Sequence record: MN850574.1
Source of the DNA: Escherichia phage kaaroe
Length of the DNA: 64,000 nt
Reading direction: 5' to 3' (one strand)
Shown here in pieces: positions 45,591 through 54,318 of this stretch. The first letter of the stretch is position 1, and the number at the start of each line of letters is the position of its first letter. The position numbers were made by a program, and so were the translations under genes. Under the pieces are notes generated by a model. It was not told where the DNA came from. It made no database searches and saw nothing but the letters and a program-made list of their open reading frames with translations.

Positions 45591-46039
45591 GCATAGAAAT
45601 ATTGCCTACACAAGAGCAGATAAGCAATTTTAATCTGGTTGATTATCTGTGGATAGGTGCAAGCATTATTATCCTGATGGTGTTTTCAATTTTCGTGATA
45701 CACTGGATGTTTAAGAAAGCACATAAGAATTTTCAGACCTCCATAATCCATGTCTTCGCTTTGCCTATTGTATTTGCGCTTTCTTCGTGTACAATGGACC
45801 ATTATTCACAGGAACCGAAATTACATCCTCCACTACCAGCACCAATAGAAAAAGTTGACATTGACCTGAAAGTGGATACAATAGACGGTAAACCTAGAGT
45901 TTCTATGTCGTGGGAGGACTCCCAAAAATTCAGAGTCTGGCTTGCGGATATTAAGAGATATACACTTGAAAGTAAGTTGATCATGTGTTATTATCGAAAA
46001 GAACTTAATGAGGAACGGTGCAAACCGAAGGAGAAATAA
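45587..46039 (+). CDS. putative o-spanin-like membrane/lipoprotein
   Basis: ATGA overlap with upstream ORF; hydrophobic segments and lipobox-like FALSSC; ends overlapping pseT start. Confidence 0.4.
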   Translation: MSIEILPTQEQISNFNLVDYLWIGASIIILMVFSIFVIHWMFKKAHKNFQTSIIHVFALPIVFALSSCTMDHYSQEPKLHPPLPAPIEKVDIDLKVDTIDGKPRVSMSWEDSQKFRVWLADIKRYTLESKLIMCYYRKELNEERCKPKEK

Positions 46040-46917
46040 TGCCGAAATGTGAAGTGATTTTAACCGTTGGTTGTTCTGGGTCCGGTAAAACTACATGGGC
46101 TATGGAAACGTGTAAACGGTTTAGTAATTATCGTAATGTGAATCGTGATGATCTTCGTCTTATGTTGTTTGGTGTTGACTCACATTTGAAATACAAGTAT
46201 ACTAAGGAAAAAGAAAAGCTGGTAGAGTCTATTCAGAGAATGATTGCTCGTGAGACTCTATCACGCGGATTGAGTATCATTATCTCCGATACCAACCTGA
46301 AAGAAAAACATCGTGTATTCTACAAAGAACTTGCAAAAGAATTTAACGCGGTGTATACTGAACAAGTGTTCAATGAATCATTTGAGACACTAAAGAAACG
46401 TAATTTCTATCGCGGCGAGAAAGCAATTCCACTTTCTCATTTGCGCAACCAATTTTATCTGATGCAGGAATATATGGGTCAAGAAGTATACAAACCGAAT
46501 ACTATGCTGCCAAAGGCAGTGATCTTTGATATTGATGGAACATTAGCGGATAAGGGCGGTCGTCATCCGTTTGACTGGACAAAGGTCAAAGAAGATAAAC
46601 CACGTCCGCAAGTGATCGAAATGCTTAAACTGTATCGTGATAATGGCTATCGTATCATTACATGCTCAGGTCGTGAGGATGTTTGCGAAGAAGATACTCT
46701 GCAATGGTTGCGTGAACAGGGTATTGAACCTAGTGATCACTTTCAACGTGAAACTAATGATCGTCGTCCTGATCATGAAGTAAAGAAAGAGATTTTCTTC
46801 TCTGAAATTGCACCGCGATATCATGTTGTTTTGGCAGTAGATGACCGTGATCAAGTGGTTGACATGTATCGCTCAATTGGTGTAGAATGTTTTCAGGTTA
46901 ACTACGGAGACTTTTAA
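46039..46917 (+). CDS. pseT: polynucleotide 5'-kinase / 3'-phosphatase
   Basis: GCSGSGKTTWA P-loop, IISDTNL, AVIFDIDGTLA HAD motif, AVDDRDQVVDMYRSIGVECFQV match T4 Pnkp. Confidence 0.93.
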   Translation: MPKCEVILTVGCSGSGKTTWAMETCKRFSNYRNVNRDDLRLMLFGVDSHLKYKYTKEKEKLVESIQRMIARETLSRGLSIIISDTNLKEKHRVFYKELAKEFNAVYTEQVFNESFETLKKRNFYRGEKAIPLSHLRNQFYLMQEYMGQEVYKPNTMLPKAVIFDIDGTLADKGGRHPFDWTKVKEDKPRPQVIEMLKLYRDNGYRIITCSGREDVCEEDTLQWLREQGIEPSDHFQRETNDRRPDHEVKKEIFFSEIAPRYHVVLAVDDRDQVVDMYRSIGVECFQVNYGDF

Positions 46918-47120
46918 TGTTTACCGATAAACTCAAGCAATTAGGCGAAGCACTTGCTAAACGTGGTTTTAATGTTGAAATTGAACCAGCACCAGTTAAC
47001 CCGTTTAGTGATGAGCGTCGCAGTGTGTATGTCATTATGAGCAATGATCATGGCGTGAATACATTCAATGTAAAACAGTATAGCGACGGATCAGTAGAAT
47101 ACTTTCGCGTATACGGTTAA
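46917..47120 (+). CDS. hypothetical protein
   Basis: ATG overlaps pseT stop (TAATG). Confidence 0.45.
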   Translation: MFTDKLKQLGEALAKRGFNVEIEPAPVNPFSDERRSVYVIMSNDHGVNTFNVKQYSDGSVEYFRVYG

Positions 47121-47141
47121 TTAATATGTGAGGATTATATT

Positions 47142-47648
47142 ATGTTGTCACAAACTTACATGCAGATCGCTTATCTAATCGCAAAGAACTCTAAATGCGT
47201 TTCGTGGAAGGTAGGCGCACTGATCGAAAAAGACGGGCGAATCATTTCTACTGGATTTAATGGCACTCCAGCAGGGCAAGTAAATTGTAGCTGTCATGCA
47301 CATAAAAGCGGTTGGCTGGATGATGACGGAAAAATGATCCCAGAAAAACGACCAGAACATAGTGCATGGTCACAGAAAAACGAGATCCATGCTGAATTAA
47401 ATGCTATTTTGTTTGCTGCCCGTAGCGGTGTATCGATTGAAGGCGCTAGTATGTGGTGTACTGCTTCACCGTGTCCAGATTGCGCTAAAGCAATTGCAAA
47501 CAGTGGTATTAAACATCTATACTATTGCGACACATATGATCGAAATGGTGGGCGTGATTGGGCTGATATTTTGGATAAAGCCGACATTACGGTTACTCGT
47601 ATTCCAAAAGCATTATTGTCTGATTTGAAGGTTATTGATAATGACTGA
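47142..47648 (+). CDS. cd: dCMP deaminase
   Basis: CDA zinc motifs HAE and CTASPCPDCAKAI. Confidence 0.9.
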   Translation: MLSQTYMQIAYLIAKNSKCVSWKVGALIEKDGRIISTGFNGTPAGQVNCSCHAHKSGWLDDDGKMIPEKRPEHSAWSQKNEIHAELNAILFAARSGVSIEGASMWCTASPCPDCAKAIANSGIKHLYYCDTYDRNGGRDWADILDKADITVTRIPKALLSDLKVIDND

Positions 47649-47955
47649 ACAAGTTGATAATATCGCACTTCGTGAAGCACTAAAGAAAATGTTTTCGGTC
47701 GGTACTCACTCTTTGCAGTTTACTAAGAAAGATGGTACTGTCCGTGAGATGATCGCCACGCGAGATCCGGCACTGATGCCTTTCGAAACATACGAAAAGT
47801 GGTTAGTTCCTAATGTTGAAAAACCGCGTAAAGAATCAGAAACATCTTTGCCAGTATATGAAATTGCAGTTGAAGGTTTCCGTAGTTTTGGGCTTGATAG
47901 TCTGATTAATGTAGACGGGCTGACTCCAGCGCAGATCGTCGAAATTTATAAATAA
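47641..47955 (+). CDS. hypothetical protein
   Basis: ATG 47641 overlaps cd stop. Confidence 0.45.
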   Translation: MTEQVDNIALREALKKMFSVGTHSLQFTKKDGTVREMIATRDPALMPFETYEKWLVPNVEKPRKESETSLPVYEIAVEGFRSFGLDSLINVDGLTPAQIVEIYK

Positions 47956-47996
47956 TTCATCATTAAACTGTATTGATTTGAAGAGGTAATAAAATT

Positions 47997-48320
47997 ATGA
48001 CCGTTAAAACTCCTAAAGCACTTGGTGACTATGTGATCATTGAAGCTAAAGCAGAAAGCGCAGGGACAGAAGTAAAAAGCTCTATGGGGATCATTATTGA
48101 GCAAAAGCGCACTATGGGCGAGATTCCGCTGGTAGGTAAGATTATTGATATCGGTGAAACGGTAGATAAAGAATTGCTGGGTAAAACTGTTTTACTGCCA
48201 CATGGCAAGATGAATAAAGTTCCTCATCCAGACGTTATTAACGGCGTTAAGAAGGAAGAAGAGATCGACCTGAAATGGACTGTAACGCACAAACAGAATA
48301 TTGTGGTAGTTTACGGTTAA
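47997..48320 (+). CDS. 31: co-chaperonin gp31 (GroES-like)
   Basis: GDYVIIEA, KVPHPDVI and ~110 aa as T4 gp31; position between cd and ligase. Confidence 0.8.
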   Translation: MTVKTPKALGDYVIIEAKAESAGTEVKSSMGIIIEQKRTMGEIPLVGKIIDIGETVDKELLGKTVLLPHGKMNKVPHPDVINGVKKEEEIDLKWTVTHKQNIVVVYG

Positions 48321-48330
48321 TGATTTTAAA

Positions 48331-48358
48331 CGGCGGGAAATAATCCCGCCTATATTTT
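48331..48358 (+). terminator. rho-independent terminator
   Basis: GGCGGGA-AATAA-TCCCGCC followed by TATATTTTG. Confidence 0.6.
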
Positions 48359-48403
48359 GACTATATGATTTTGTAAGTTATTGATTATTAAGGAAATTTT
48401 ATT

Positions 48404-48568
48404 ATGAAAACTATGAATGTAAACATCCACGAAATCCATACCGAAGTATTCACCGAAGAAGACCAGTTTGGTGTATGGGTAAACCCTCATTCGATTACTA
48501 TCGATATTCCTAATGACGATTATGATCCGTTCTCTCTGATTAGCGAGATTAGTTTCAATGACTTCTGA
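48404..48568 (+). CDS. hypothetical small protein (54 aa)
   Basis: ATG after AAGGAAATTTTATT; manually translated; 3' end overlaps NADAR ORF. Confidence 0.35.
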   Translation: MKTMNVNIHEIHTEVFTEEDQFGVWVNPHSITIDIPNDDYDPFSLISEISFNDF

Positions 48569-49037
48569 AATTGATATCTATGCGGGTGGACCTTATCCAT
48601 CGGGTGAATTGAGTAATTTCAATAAAAGACCATTCCGTCTATTTGGTTGCGATATTAACAGCACAGAAGGATTTTTACAGGGGCTAAGATTTAAGAACCC
48701 TCAGAGACAAAGAGAAATCTTTTTGATGCACGGTGGCAAAGCAAAAAGAACCGGAAGAACTGAAAAGATTGAGAATCACATGTTATATTTTCAGGGTCGC
48801 CAGATTCATCGAATGAGTGAGCATTATTACAGACTGGTACATCTGGCATTTGTTACGATGGCACGGAATAACCCAGAATTTTGTAAAGCATTACTCTCTA
48901 CCGGAAATAAGAAATTACGTCATAGCATAGGTGGAACTGATCCGTTAAAGACTATATTGACTGAATCGGAATTTTGTAGTATCCTCAATGATATTCGTGA
49001 ACGTTTAACAAAACGAGGTGAAAATGTCAATTCTTAA
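48558..49037 (+). CDS. NADAR-domain (YbiA/DUF1768-like) protein
   Basis: IDIYAGGPYPSGELSNFNKRPFRLFGCDINSTEGFLQGLRF parallels the YbiA N-terminal SNF...EH.FQ..KF core. Confidence 0.65.
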   Translation: MTSEIDIYAGGPYPSGELSNFNKRPFRLFGCDINSTEGFLQGLRFKNPQRQREIFLMHGGKAKRTGRTEKIENHMLYFQGRQIHRMSEHYYRLVHLAFVTMARNNPEFCKALLSTGNKKLRHSIGGTDPLKTILTESEFCSILNDIRERLTKRGENVNS

Positions 49038-50520
49038 TATCATTAATCAGCTTGCAGCAACAGACAAAACATCGCTGAAAGAAAAGATTCTGAAAGAATC
49101 CGCGAGCAATGAAACGCTGAAAGAATGCTTTTATCTGGCATATTGCAAACAGGTTACGTTTGGCGTAAAGAAATACGATAAACCGTCTCGCTATTCGTCT
49201 GTATTGTCTTTATCCGGTGCATTACAGGTCTTTAAAAATAAACTTGCCACGCGTCAAGTAACTGGTAATGCAGCATTACAGCTAGTTACCGATACTCTGA
49301 CTTGCTTGTCAGAAAATGATGCTAAAGTTGCAATGATGGTCCTGAATCGTGATCTGGAATGTGGTTGTTCCGCTACTACTGCAAACAAGGTATGGAAGAA
49401 ACTGATCCCTCAGCAACCGTGCCACCTTGCATCGTCATGTTCTGATAAGACTATTGCTAATATCAAGTATCCGGCGTATGCACAACTTAAAAGCGATGGC
49501 GCTCGTGGTATGGCTGATATTGACGGGGAAACATTAGCAATCTATACCCGCTCAGGTAATACCTATCAAGGGCTTGATGATTTGTTTGCGGTTTTAGAGC
49601 GTCTACGAGGCCGTGGAATTGTTCTAGATGGCGAATTGGTATATATGCCTACCCTTTCGCAAACACCAGCGCAGAACTTCGTTGAAAGCGTTTATGATGG
49701 TACTCTGTCATGGATATTTGAAGAAGAGGAAATGCCATTAACGCCAGTAGCGGAAGCAGTGAAAGAATCCGTTGTTGCAGATCGTCAGACCGGAAATGGT
49801 ATCCTCAACAAATCACTTAAAGGAACTATTCCAAAAGAAGAAGCCCAATGTATTGTTTACACTGTCTGGGATGTTATCGACCGTGATGTGTATTACGGAA
49901 ACGAGAAAGCAACGAAGCAATATAAAGATCGATTCGAAGAACTAAAACAGATTGTTGAAGAACTTAACGATCCTCGTGTTCAGATCATCGAAAACACTGT
50001 AGTTAACAATATCGATGAAGCTCGCGAAGTATATCATCGTTATGTCAACATGGGCTTAGAAGGTATTATCCTTAAAAATTTACATGGTGTATTTGAAGAT
50101 CGCCGTAGTAAAGATCAGGTTAAATTTAAAGAAGTGATTGACTTCGACGCGGAAATTGTTGATGTATATCCGCATAGTAAAGACCCCAATAAGGTAGGCG
50201 GTTTTACTGTCCGTAGTGCGTGCGGACGAATGATGACTAACACCGGATCGGGATTAACCGACACTACAACCGAAAAAGGTGATGATGGTATCGAACGTGT
50301 AATTCCGTTCGATCGTCGAAATGAACTCGACCGAGAAATGTTATGGGCTGACCGTCATAACCTGATTGGAAAAGTCATTGAGATGACATGCAACGGGTAT
50401 ATCCGCAGCAAATCACGTAAAGAAGATGAACCGGAGTTCTCTTTATTTCTCCCAATCATCAAACGTATTCGCTACGACAAGACCACTGCAAATACAGTAA
50501 AAGAGGTATTCGATGTGTGA
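49024..50520 (+). CDS. 30: ATP-dependent DNA ligase gp30
   Basis: AQLKSDGARG, LDGELVY, ANKVWKKLIPQQP, GLEGIILKN, GSGLTD match T4 DNA ligase. Confidence 0.93.
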   Translation: MSILNIINQLAATDKTSLKEKILKESASNETLKECFYLAYCKQVTFGVKKYDKPSRYSSVLSLSGALQVFKNKLATRQVTGNAALQLVTDTLTCLSENDAKVAMMVLNRDLECGCSATTANKVWKKLIPQQPCHLASSCSDKTIANIKYPAYAQLKSDGARGMADIDGETLAIYTRSGNTYQGLDDLFAVLERLRGRGIVLDGELVYMPTLSQTPAQNFVESVYDGTLSWIFEEEEMPLTPVAEAVKESVVADRQTGNGILNKSLKGTIPKEEAQCIVYTVWDVIDRDVYYGNEKATKQYKDRFEELKQIVEELNDPRVQIIENTVVNNIDEAREVYHRYVNMGLEGIILKNLHGVFEDRRSKDQVKFKEVIDFDAEIVDVYPHSKDPNKVGGFTVRSACGRMMTNTGSGLTDTTTEKGDDGIERVIPFDRRNELDREMLWADRHNLIGKVIEMTCNGYIRSKSRKEDEPEFSLFLPIIKRIRYDKTTANTVKEVFDV

Positions 50521-50989
50521 TAATGAAGGGGCGAAAGCCCCTAAACCTAAAAAATTGTCAAAGAAAGAGCAACGCCAGATCCTGAAAATGAAATATGGTG
50601 GACGTTGTGCCTATTGTGGCGAGGAACTAGGGGATCGCTGGCACGCGGACCACATCAAACCAGTATTGCGACGCTCAAAGGTAGTCTATGATGAAAATGG
50701 ACGAATTGCCCGTAATGATGATGGATCATGGAAATATAAGGTTGTAGGAATGCATAAACCGGAGCATGATATACTTGATAACATGAATCCGGCGTGTGTG
50801 CAATGCAATCTTTATAAAAGCTGTATGGGCTTAGAATACTGGCGTAAGTGTATACGCGAGAACTTCCAGAAGTACATTCAGCGCAATATGGGATTGCGAG
50901 CGGCTAAACGCTTTGGCTTGCTGTCAATCCACGACCAGCCAGTAGAATTTTATTTCGAAAAGTACGATCGCGAGCATCAAGAAAAATAA
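50513..50989 (+). CDS. HNH endonuclease
   Basis: CAYCGEEL...HADHIKPV...N...CVQCNLYK zinc-finger HNH motif; start overlaps ligase stop. Confidence 0.75.
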   Translation: MCDNEGAKAPKPKKLSKKEQRQILKMKYGGRCAYCGEELGDRWHADHIKPVLRRSKVVYDENGRIARNDDGSWKYKVVGMHKPEHDILDNMNPACVQCNLYKSCMGLEYWRKCIRENFQKYIQRNMGLRAAKRFGLLSIHDQPVEFYFEKYDREHQEK

Positions 50990-51002
50990 TTCAAAAAGTT
51001 GT

Positions 51003-51031
51003 TGACAGGGGATCGGTGATCCCCTATACTA
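51003..51031 (+). promoter_or_regulatory. early promoter cassette with palindromic spacer
   Basis: TTGACA-GGGGATCGGTGATCCCC-TATACT, conserved leader, ATG 51076. Confidence 0.65.
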
Positions 51032-51075
51032 CACACATCAAAACGAAACACACTTTCTTAAACGGAGAATCAAAA

Positions 51076-51387
51076 ATGAAATACATCGTAACGCTGCCAA
51101 TGATTGACTTCGACGGAACCATGAACACCCAGAAGACCATGAGCGCGGAGAACCAACTGAAAAACGCTACCCTGATTCGTGAAGTTCGCAAGGCACTGGC
51201 AAAAGAATTTAACACCAAAATTCATTCTGTAACTGGCGAACGTTTCGCGGATCATCTTGATATCAACATCAAACCAGTGCGCAACGGTGTTATCTCTGTA
51301 ACAACCAGCCGCCCACATGCTGACGCTGATAATCTGACCGCTCGCGCAGAAGATGTAATTATGACCGTTATCATGGAAAAACTTTAA
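51076..51387 (+). CDS. hypothetical protein
   Basis: GGAGAATCAAAA-ATG cassette. Confidence 0.55.
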   Translation: MKYIVTLPMIDFDGTMNTQKTMSAENQLKNATLIREVRKALAKEFNTKIHSVTGERFADHLDINIKPVRNGVISVTTSRPHADADNLTARAEDVIMTVIMEKL

Positions 51388-51395
51388 AAAAGTTG

Positions 51396-51424
51396 TTGAC
51401 AGGGGATCACCGATCCCCTATACT
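51396..51424 (+). promoter_or_regulatory. early promoter cassette with palindromic spacer
   Basis: TTGACA-GGGGATCACCGATCCCC-TATACT, ATG 51459. Confidence 0.65.
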
Positions 51425-51458
51425 ACACACATACCGAAACGAACTAGGAGAATCAATT

Positions 51459-51638
51459 ATGAACTTCAACGAAATCATCGCTAAAATCCGCTACAACGAA
51501 GAAACCATTGAACTGATGCAAAACAATATCACCAATGGCTATATGATTGCAGCGTCACAAGAAATCATTGATTTGACGGTAGCAGAAAATGCTCAGTTGA
51601 AACATCAACTTTCAACGGCTGGCGTGATTGTTATGTAA
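51459..51638 (+). CDS. hypothetical small protein (59 aa)
   Basis: Conserved leader/RBS then ATG 51459. Confidence 0.5.
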   Translation: MNFNEIIAKIRYNEETIELMQNNITNGYMIAASQEIIDLTVAENAQLKHQLSTAGVIVM

Positions 51639-51655
51639 TAAAGAGAGGTGACTAA

Positions 51656-51958
51656 ATGGCAAAAGTTCAGGTAGGTGAGGTCTTCAAAATGGAAGACCAC
51701 ACCGTGGAAGAGATGAAAGGCGCAGTATTGAAAGTAATTAATTCAATGTGGCGTAGTGTGCTTTACATCAACTTTATCGACGGTGATGTGTGGTGGGCTA
51801 GCGATAGCGATAAATGGGATATCAAGTTCTACAAAGGTCATACTCACTGGTTAGGATCAGAGGATGTTGTAGAAGTTCTTGCGGTTGATGTTATGCCAGG
51901 AGAGATCGAGAATCTTAGCGGAACAGCAAAAGAAGCATTGACACGCCATTTTGCGTAA
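51656..51958 (+). CDS. hypothetical protein, member of HxHW...AVDV paralog family
   Basis: GHTHWLGSEDVVEVLAVDV motif shared with four other ORFs (53007, 53709, 54034, 54731). Confidence 0.55.
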   Translation: MAKVQVGEVFKMEDHTVEEMKGAVLKVINSMWRSVLYINFIDGDVWWASDSDKWDIKFYKGHTHWLGSEDVVEVLAVDVMPGEIENLSGTAKEALTRHFA

Positions 51959-52014
51959 TGTAGTATAACAATAATCGGGAGGGTAATACTCTCCCACAAA
52001 TTGAGGATAATATT

Positions 52015-52206
52015 ATGTGTGGTCTTAAAATGGTTGCTGAATATAAGCGAACTGGTAATGTTATGATGTATCGACGCAATACCAACGAAGAATGGAAACC
52101 TTCAAACCGCATTAAATCCATCCAGACGTTTATGAATAACATAAAAGAAAACCTTTTCGTTAAGCGTGCTGGTGTTGGACATTGGGAAGTTTACGAAGCT
52201 GTATAA
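52015..52206 (+). CDS. hypothetical protein
   Basis: TTGAGGATAATATT-ATG cassette; upstream dyad GGGAGGGTAATACTCTCCC. Confidence 0.5.
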   Translation: MCGLKMVAEYKRTGNVMMYRRNTNEEWKPSNRIKSIQTFMNNIKENLFVKRAGVGHWEVYEAV

Positions 52207-52222
52207 TTTTGAGGAAAATACT

Positions 52223-52516
52223 ATGGAACATACTAATTTGTTTGTAGCCGAACCTTTCGTTGAAGGCAATAAAAATCTGGCTAATACCGTTATTCTTTAT
52301 GAAGATTGGATCTTTTACATCGACGAGCATTTAGATGTATTTTGTCGCACAGATAAAAGTGACCAATTTCCAATTGAAAAAAATCGAACATCAAATCATT
52401 GGTACGGCGGGAATGACGAAACCGACCTAGCTATTGTTCTAGAATCAGGCGTAGAATCTGAACATGCCAATGAAGTGGCAGACAAATTTATGAAATACGC
52501 ATATAAAGCATTATAA
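52223..52516 (+). CDS. hypothetical protein
   Basis: SD GAGGAAAATACT then ATG 52223. Confidence 0.5.
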   Translation: MEHTNLFVAEPFVEGNKNLANTVILYEDWIFYIDEHLDVFCRTDKSDQFPIEKNRTSNHWYGGNDETDLAIVLESGVESEHANEVADKFMKYAYKAL

Positions 52517-52521
52517 AGTTG

Positions 52522-52550
52522 TTGACAGGGGATCGGTGATCCCCTATAAT
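52522..52550 (+). promoter_or_regulatory. early promoter cassette with palindromic spacer
   Basis: TTGACA-GGGGATCGGTGATCCCC-TATAAT, ATG 52583. Confidence 0.65.
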
Positions 52551-52582
52551 GCACACATACCAACGAGATAGGAGAATCAAAA

Positions 52583-52750
52583 ATGTTCCAGACTAAAGCA
52601 GAATGCGAAGCATACATTGTAGCAAACCACGGTGAAGACTACCTGAAATTCGATATCGTAGTAGCACAGAAGATCACCGGAATGGTTGCAAAATATCTGG
52701 GTGTTAAAGAAGGTTACTATCCGAGCAACGCACCGGAAATCAACAAATAA
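52583..52750 (+). CDS. hypothetical small protein (55 aa), near-identical paralog of 55863-56030
   Basis: MFQTKAECEAYIVANHGEDYLKFDIVVAQKITGMVAKYLGVKEGYYPSNAPEINK versus MFETKAACEAYIIETHGEDYLKFDIVVAQKIVGMVAKYLGVKEGYYPSNAPEINK. Confidence 0.55.
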   Translation: MFQTKAECEAYIVANHGEDYLKFDIVVAQKITGMVAKYLGVKEGYYPSNAPEINK

Positions 52751-52753
52751 TAG

Positions 52754-52782
52754 TTGACAATGATTAAAGGGAGTAGTAAGAT
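52754..52782 (+). promoter_or_regulatory. early promoter cassette
   Basis: TTGACA-17-TAAGAT with GGGAGTA/ TACTC remnant dyad, ATG 52815. Confidence 0.55.
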
Positions 52783-52814
52783 ACTCACATCAAGACAACA
52801 AACGGAGAATCAAA

Positions 52815-52994
52815 ATGAAAGCTATCGAAGTTCAGAAGTACATGGAACTCATCATTGAAGGTAAAGCACATACAGTATTGACTACCCACGTAGGATATGA
52901 TAAAAATGTGCATATGCTGGTAGACAATATCGGCTGGATGAAGTTTAACCCTAACGAGAACGTACAAGCTCAAGAAATGACCATCCCTTTCTAA
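52815..52994 (+). CDS. hypothetical small protein (59 aa)
   Basis: GGAGAATCAAA-ATG cassette. Confidence 0.5.
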   Translation: MKAIEVQKYMELIIEGKAHTVLTTHVGYDKNVHMLVDNIGWMKFNPNENVQAQEMTIPF

Positions 52995-53006
52995 GAGGAA
53001 TATATT

Positions 53007-53285
53007 ATGATGCGAATTACTGCAACGCTGGATAAGACACACAAAGAAAGATTTTTCGGTATGATCTTAAAAACGCCGATTTTCGATAATTACCTTTATG
53101 TTGACTATGAAGGTCACATTAGCTATAAATGTAAAAATGATATTCGTGATTCCTTTGGTGATAAATCACAAGCTGATATTCATGACCACTGGTGGAACCA
53201 TGACGAACCTTTACGAGTTATCGCAGTTGATGTAAAAACAACAAAAGAAGCTGATAAGGTAGTGAATGATTATGAGCAAATTTAA
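53007..53285 (+). CDS. hypothetical protein, HxHW...AVDV paralog family
   Basis: IHDHWWNHDEPLRVIAVDV motif. Confidence 0.55.
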   Translation: MMRITATLDKTHKERFFGMILKTPIFDNYLYVDYEGHISYKCKNDIRDSFGDKSQADIHDHWWNHDEPLRVIAVDVKTTKEADKVVNDYEQI

Positions 53286-53529
53286 AGAATACAAAGCATA
53301 TCAACAGATCCTGCGAGTATACGCACCAGAGTTCGCCGAAAAGATGATGGAAGATGCATCAAAATGCCCGTCCTTTTCTGGAAACAAAAACCATTATTCT
53401 ACTCGTATTGTATCATGGAAAGAAACATGTTACACTCAACAGTGGATAAACGTTTTCTCAAAAACAATTGGTTGGAATGGTGTTAATTATGGGTATTCAG
53501 AGTCAATTCAAAGATTATCGAGTGTATAA
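53266..53529 (+). CDS. hypothetical protein (paralog pair with 53489-53707)
   Basis: FKEYKAY...AEKMMEDASKCPSF...NK..IV.W shared with next ORF. Confidence 0.5.
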   Translation: MIMSKFKEYKAYQQILRVYAPEFAEKMMEDASKCPSFSGNKNHYSTRIVSWKETCYTQQWINVFSKTIGWNGVNYGYSESIQRLSSV

Positions 53530-53707
53530 AGAAATCTGTGCTGTATTTGATGAGAAAACAGCAGATAAAATGATGAAAGAAGCGTCACAATGTTCATCTT
53601 TTGTTGATAACAAAGATTTAAGAGTAAATGAGATCGTGTGCTGGAGCGACACGAAACATGAAATTGTATGGCGTACCGTGTACTATAGCCGCGACCGAGG
53701 ATTATAA
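53489..53707 (+). CDS. hypothetical protein (paralog pair with 53266-53529)
   Basis: FKDYRVY...ADKMMKEASQCSSF; ATG 53489 inferred from paralog alignment. Confidence 0.45.
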   Translation: MGIQSQFKDYRVYKEICAVFDEKTADKMMKEASQCSSFVDNKDLRVNEIVCWSDTKHEIVWRTVYYSRDRGL

Positions 53708-53708
53708 A

Positions 53709-54029
53709 ATGAAATTAACTAAAAAGATTTTCCCAGAATTGCGTAACTGTCTGTTACTGGTTACTGAATATAAACCTTATACGATCTATTTGTACGTTGA
53801 TGAAAATCTGAAAATCCGTTACTATGATTATACGTCTCCAGTGATGAAATCATTTGCTCACTCGATCGCAAATAACTGTATGAATCACAATCATTGGGTA
53901 TCAGAAACGGATGACGATGCGTCAGAAGTTGTAGTGGTTGCATGGAATCTATCACCAGCGGAAGCAGATCAAGCACGCATTAAGCATTATGCGAAAAACA
54001 ATTGGTTTGACCTTATAAATGAGGACTAA
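53709..54029 (+). CDS. hypothetical protein, HxHW...AVDV paralog family
   Basis: MNHNHWVSETDDDASEVVVVAWNL motif variant. Confidence 0.5.
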   Translation: MKLTKKIFPELRNCLLLVTEYKPYTIYLYVDENLKIRYYDYTSPVMKSFAHSIANNCMNHNHWVSETDDDASEVVVVAWNLSPAEADQARIKHYAKNNWFDLINED

Positions 54030-54033
54030 TATT

Positions 54034-54312
54034 ATGTTCAAAGTAGGTGATAAGTTTATTCTTAGTCGTGATATTCTCCCTAATCTGAAAGGTTGTATCA
54101 TCAATCCTAGTAAAAATTCATGGTTTTATCTGTTTATCGATGATGATCTAAATGTACGCGCCGAATATAAAGAAGGTCTTCGTACTGGTCTTGGTTTCTT
54201 TCACGATCATGACCATAGCCATTGGCTAAACGGTGGATTCGAAGCAACGGTGATAGCGGTTGATGTGGATTACACAAACATCATAGAAAAATATCAAAAA
54301 ATTATTTTATAA
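54034..54312 (+). CDS. hypothetical protein, HxHW...AVDV paralog family
   Basis: HDHDHSHWLNGGFEATVIAVDV motif. Confidence 0.55.
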   Translation: MFKVGDKFILSRDILPNLKGCIINPSKNSWFYLFIDDDLNVRAEYKEGLRTGLGFFHDHDHSHWLNGGFEATVIAVDVDYTNIIEKYQKIIL

Positions 54313-54318
54313 AAAGTG

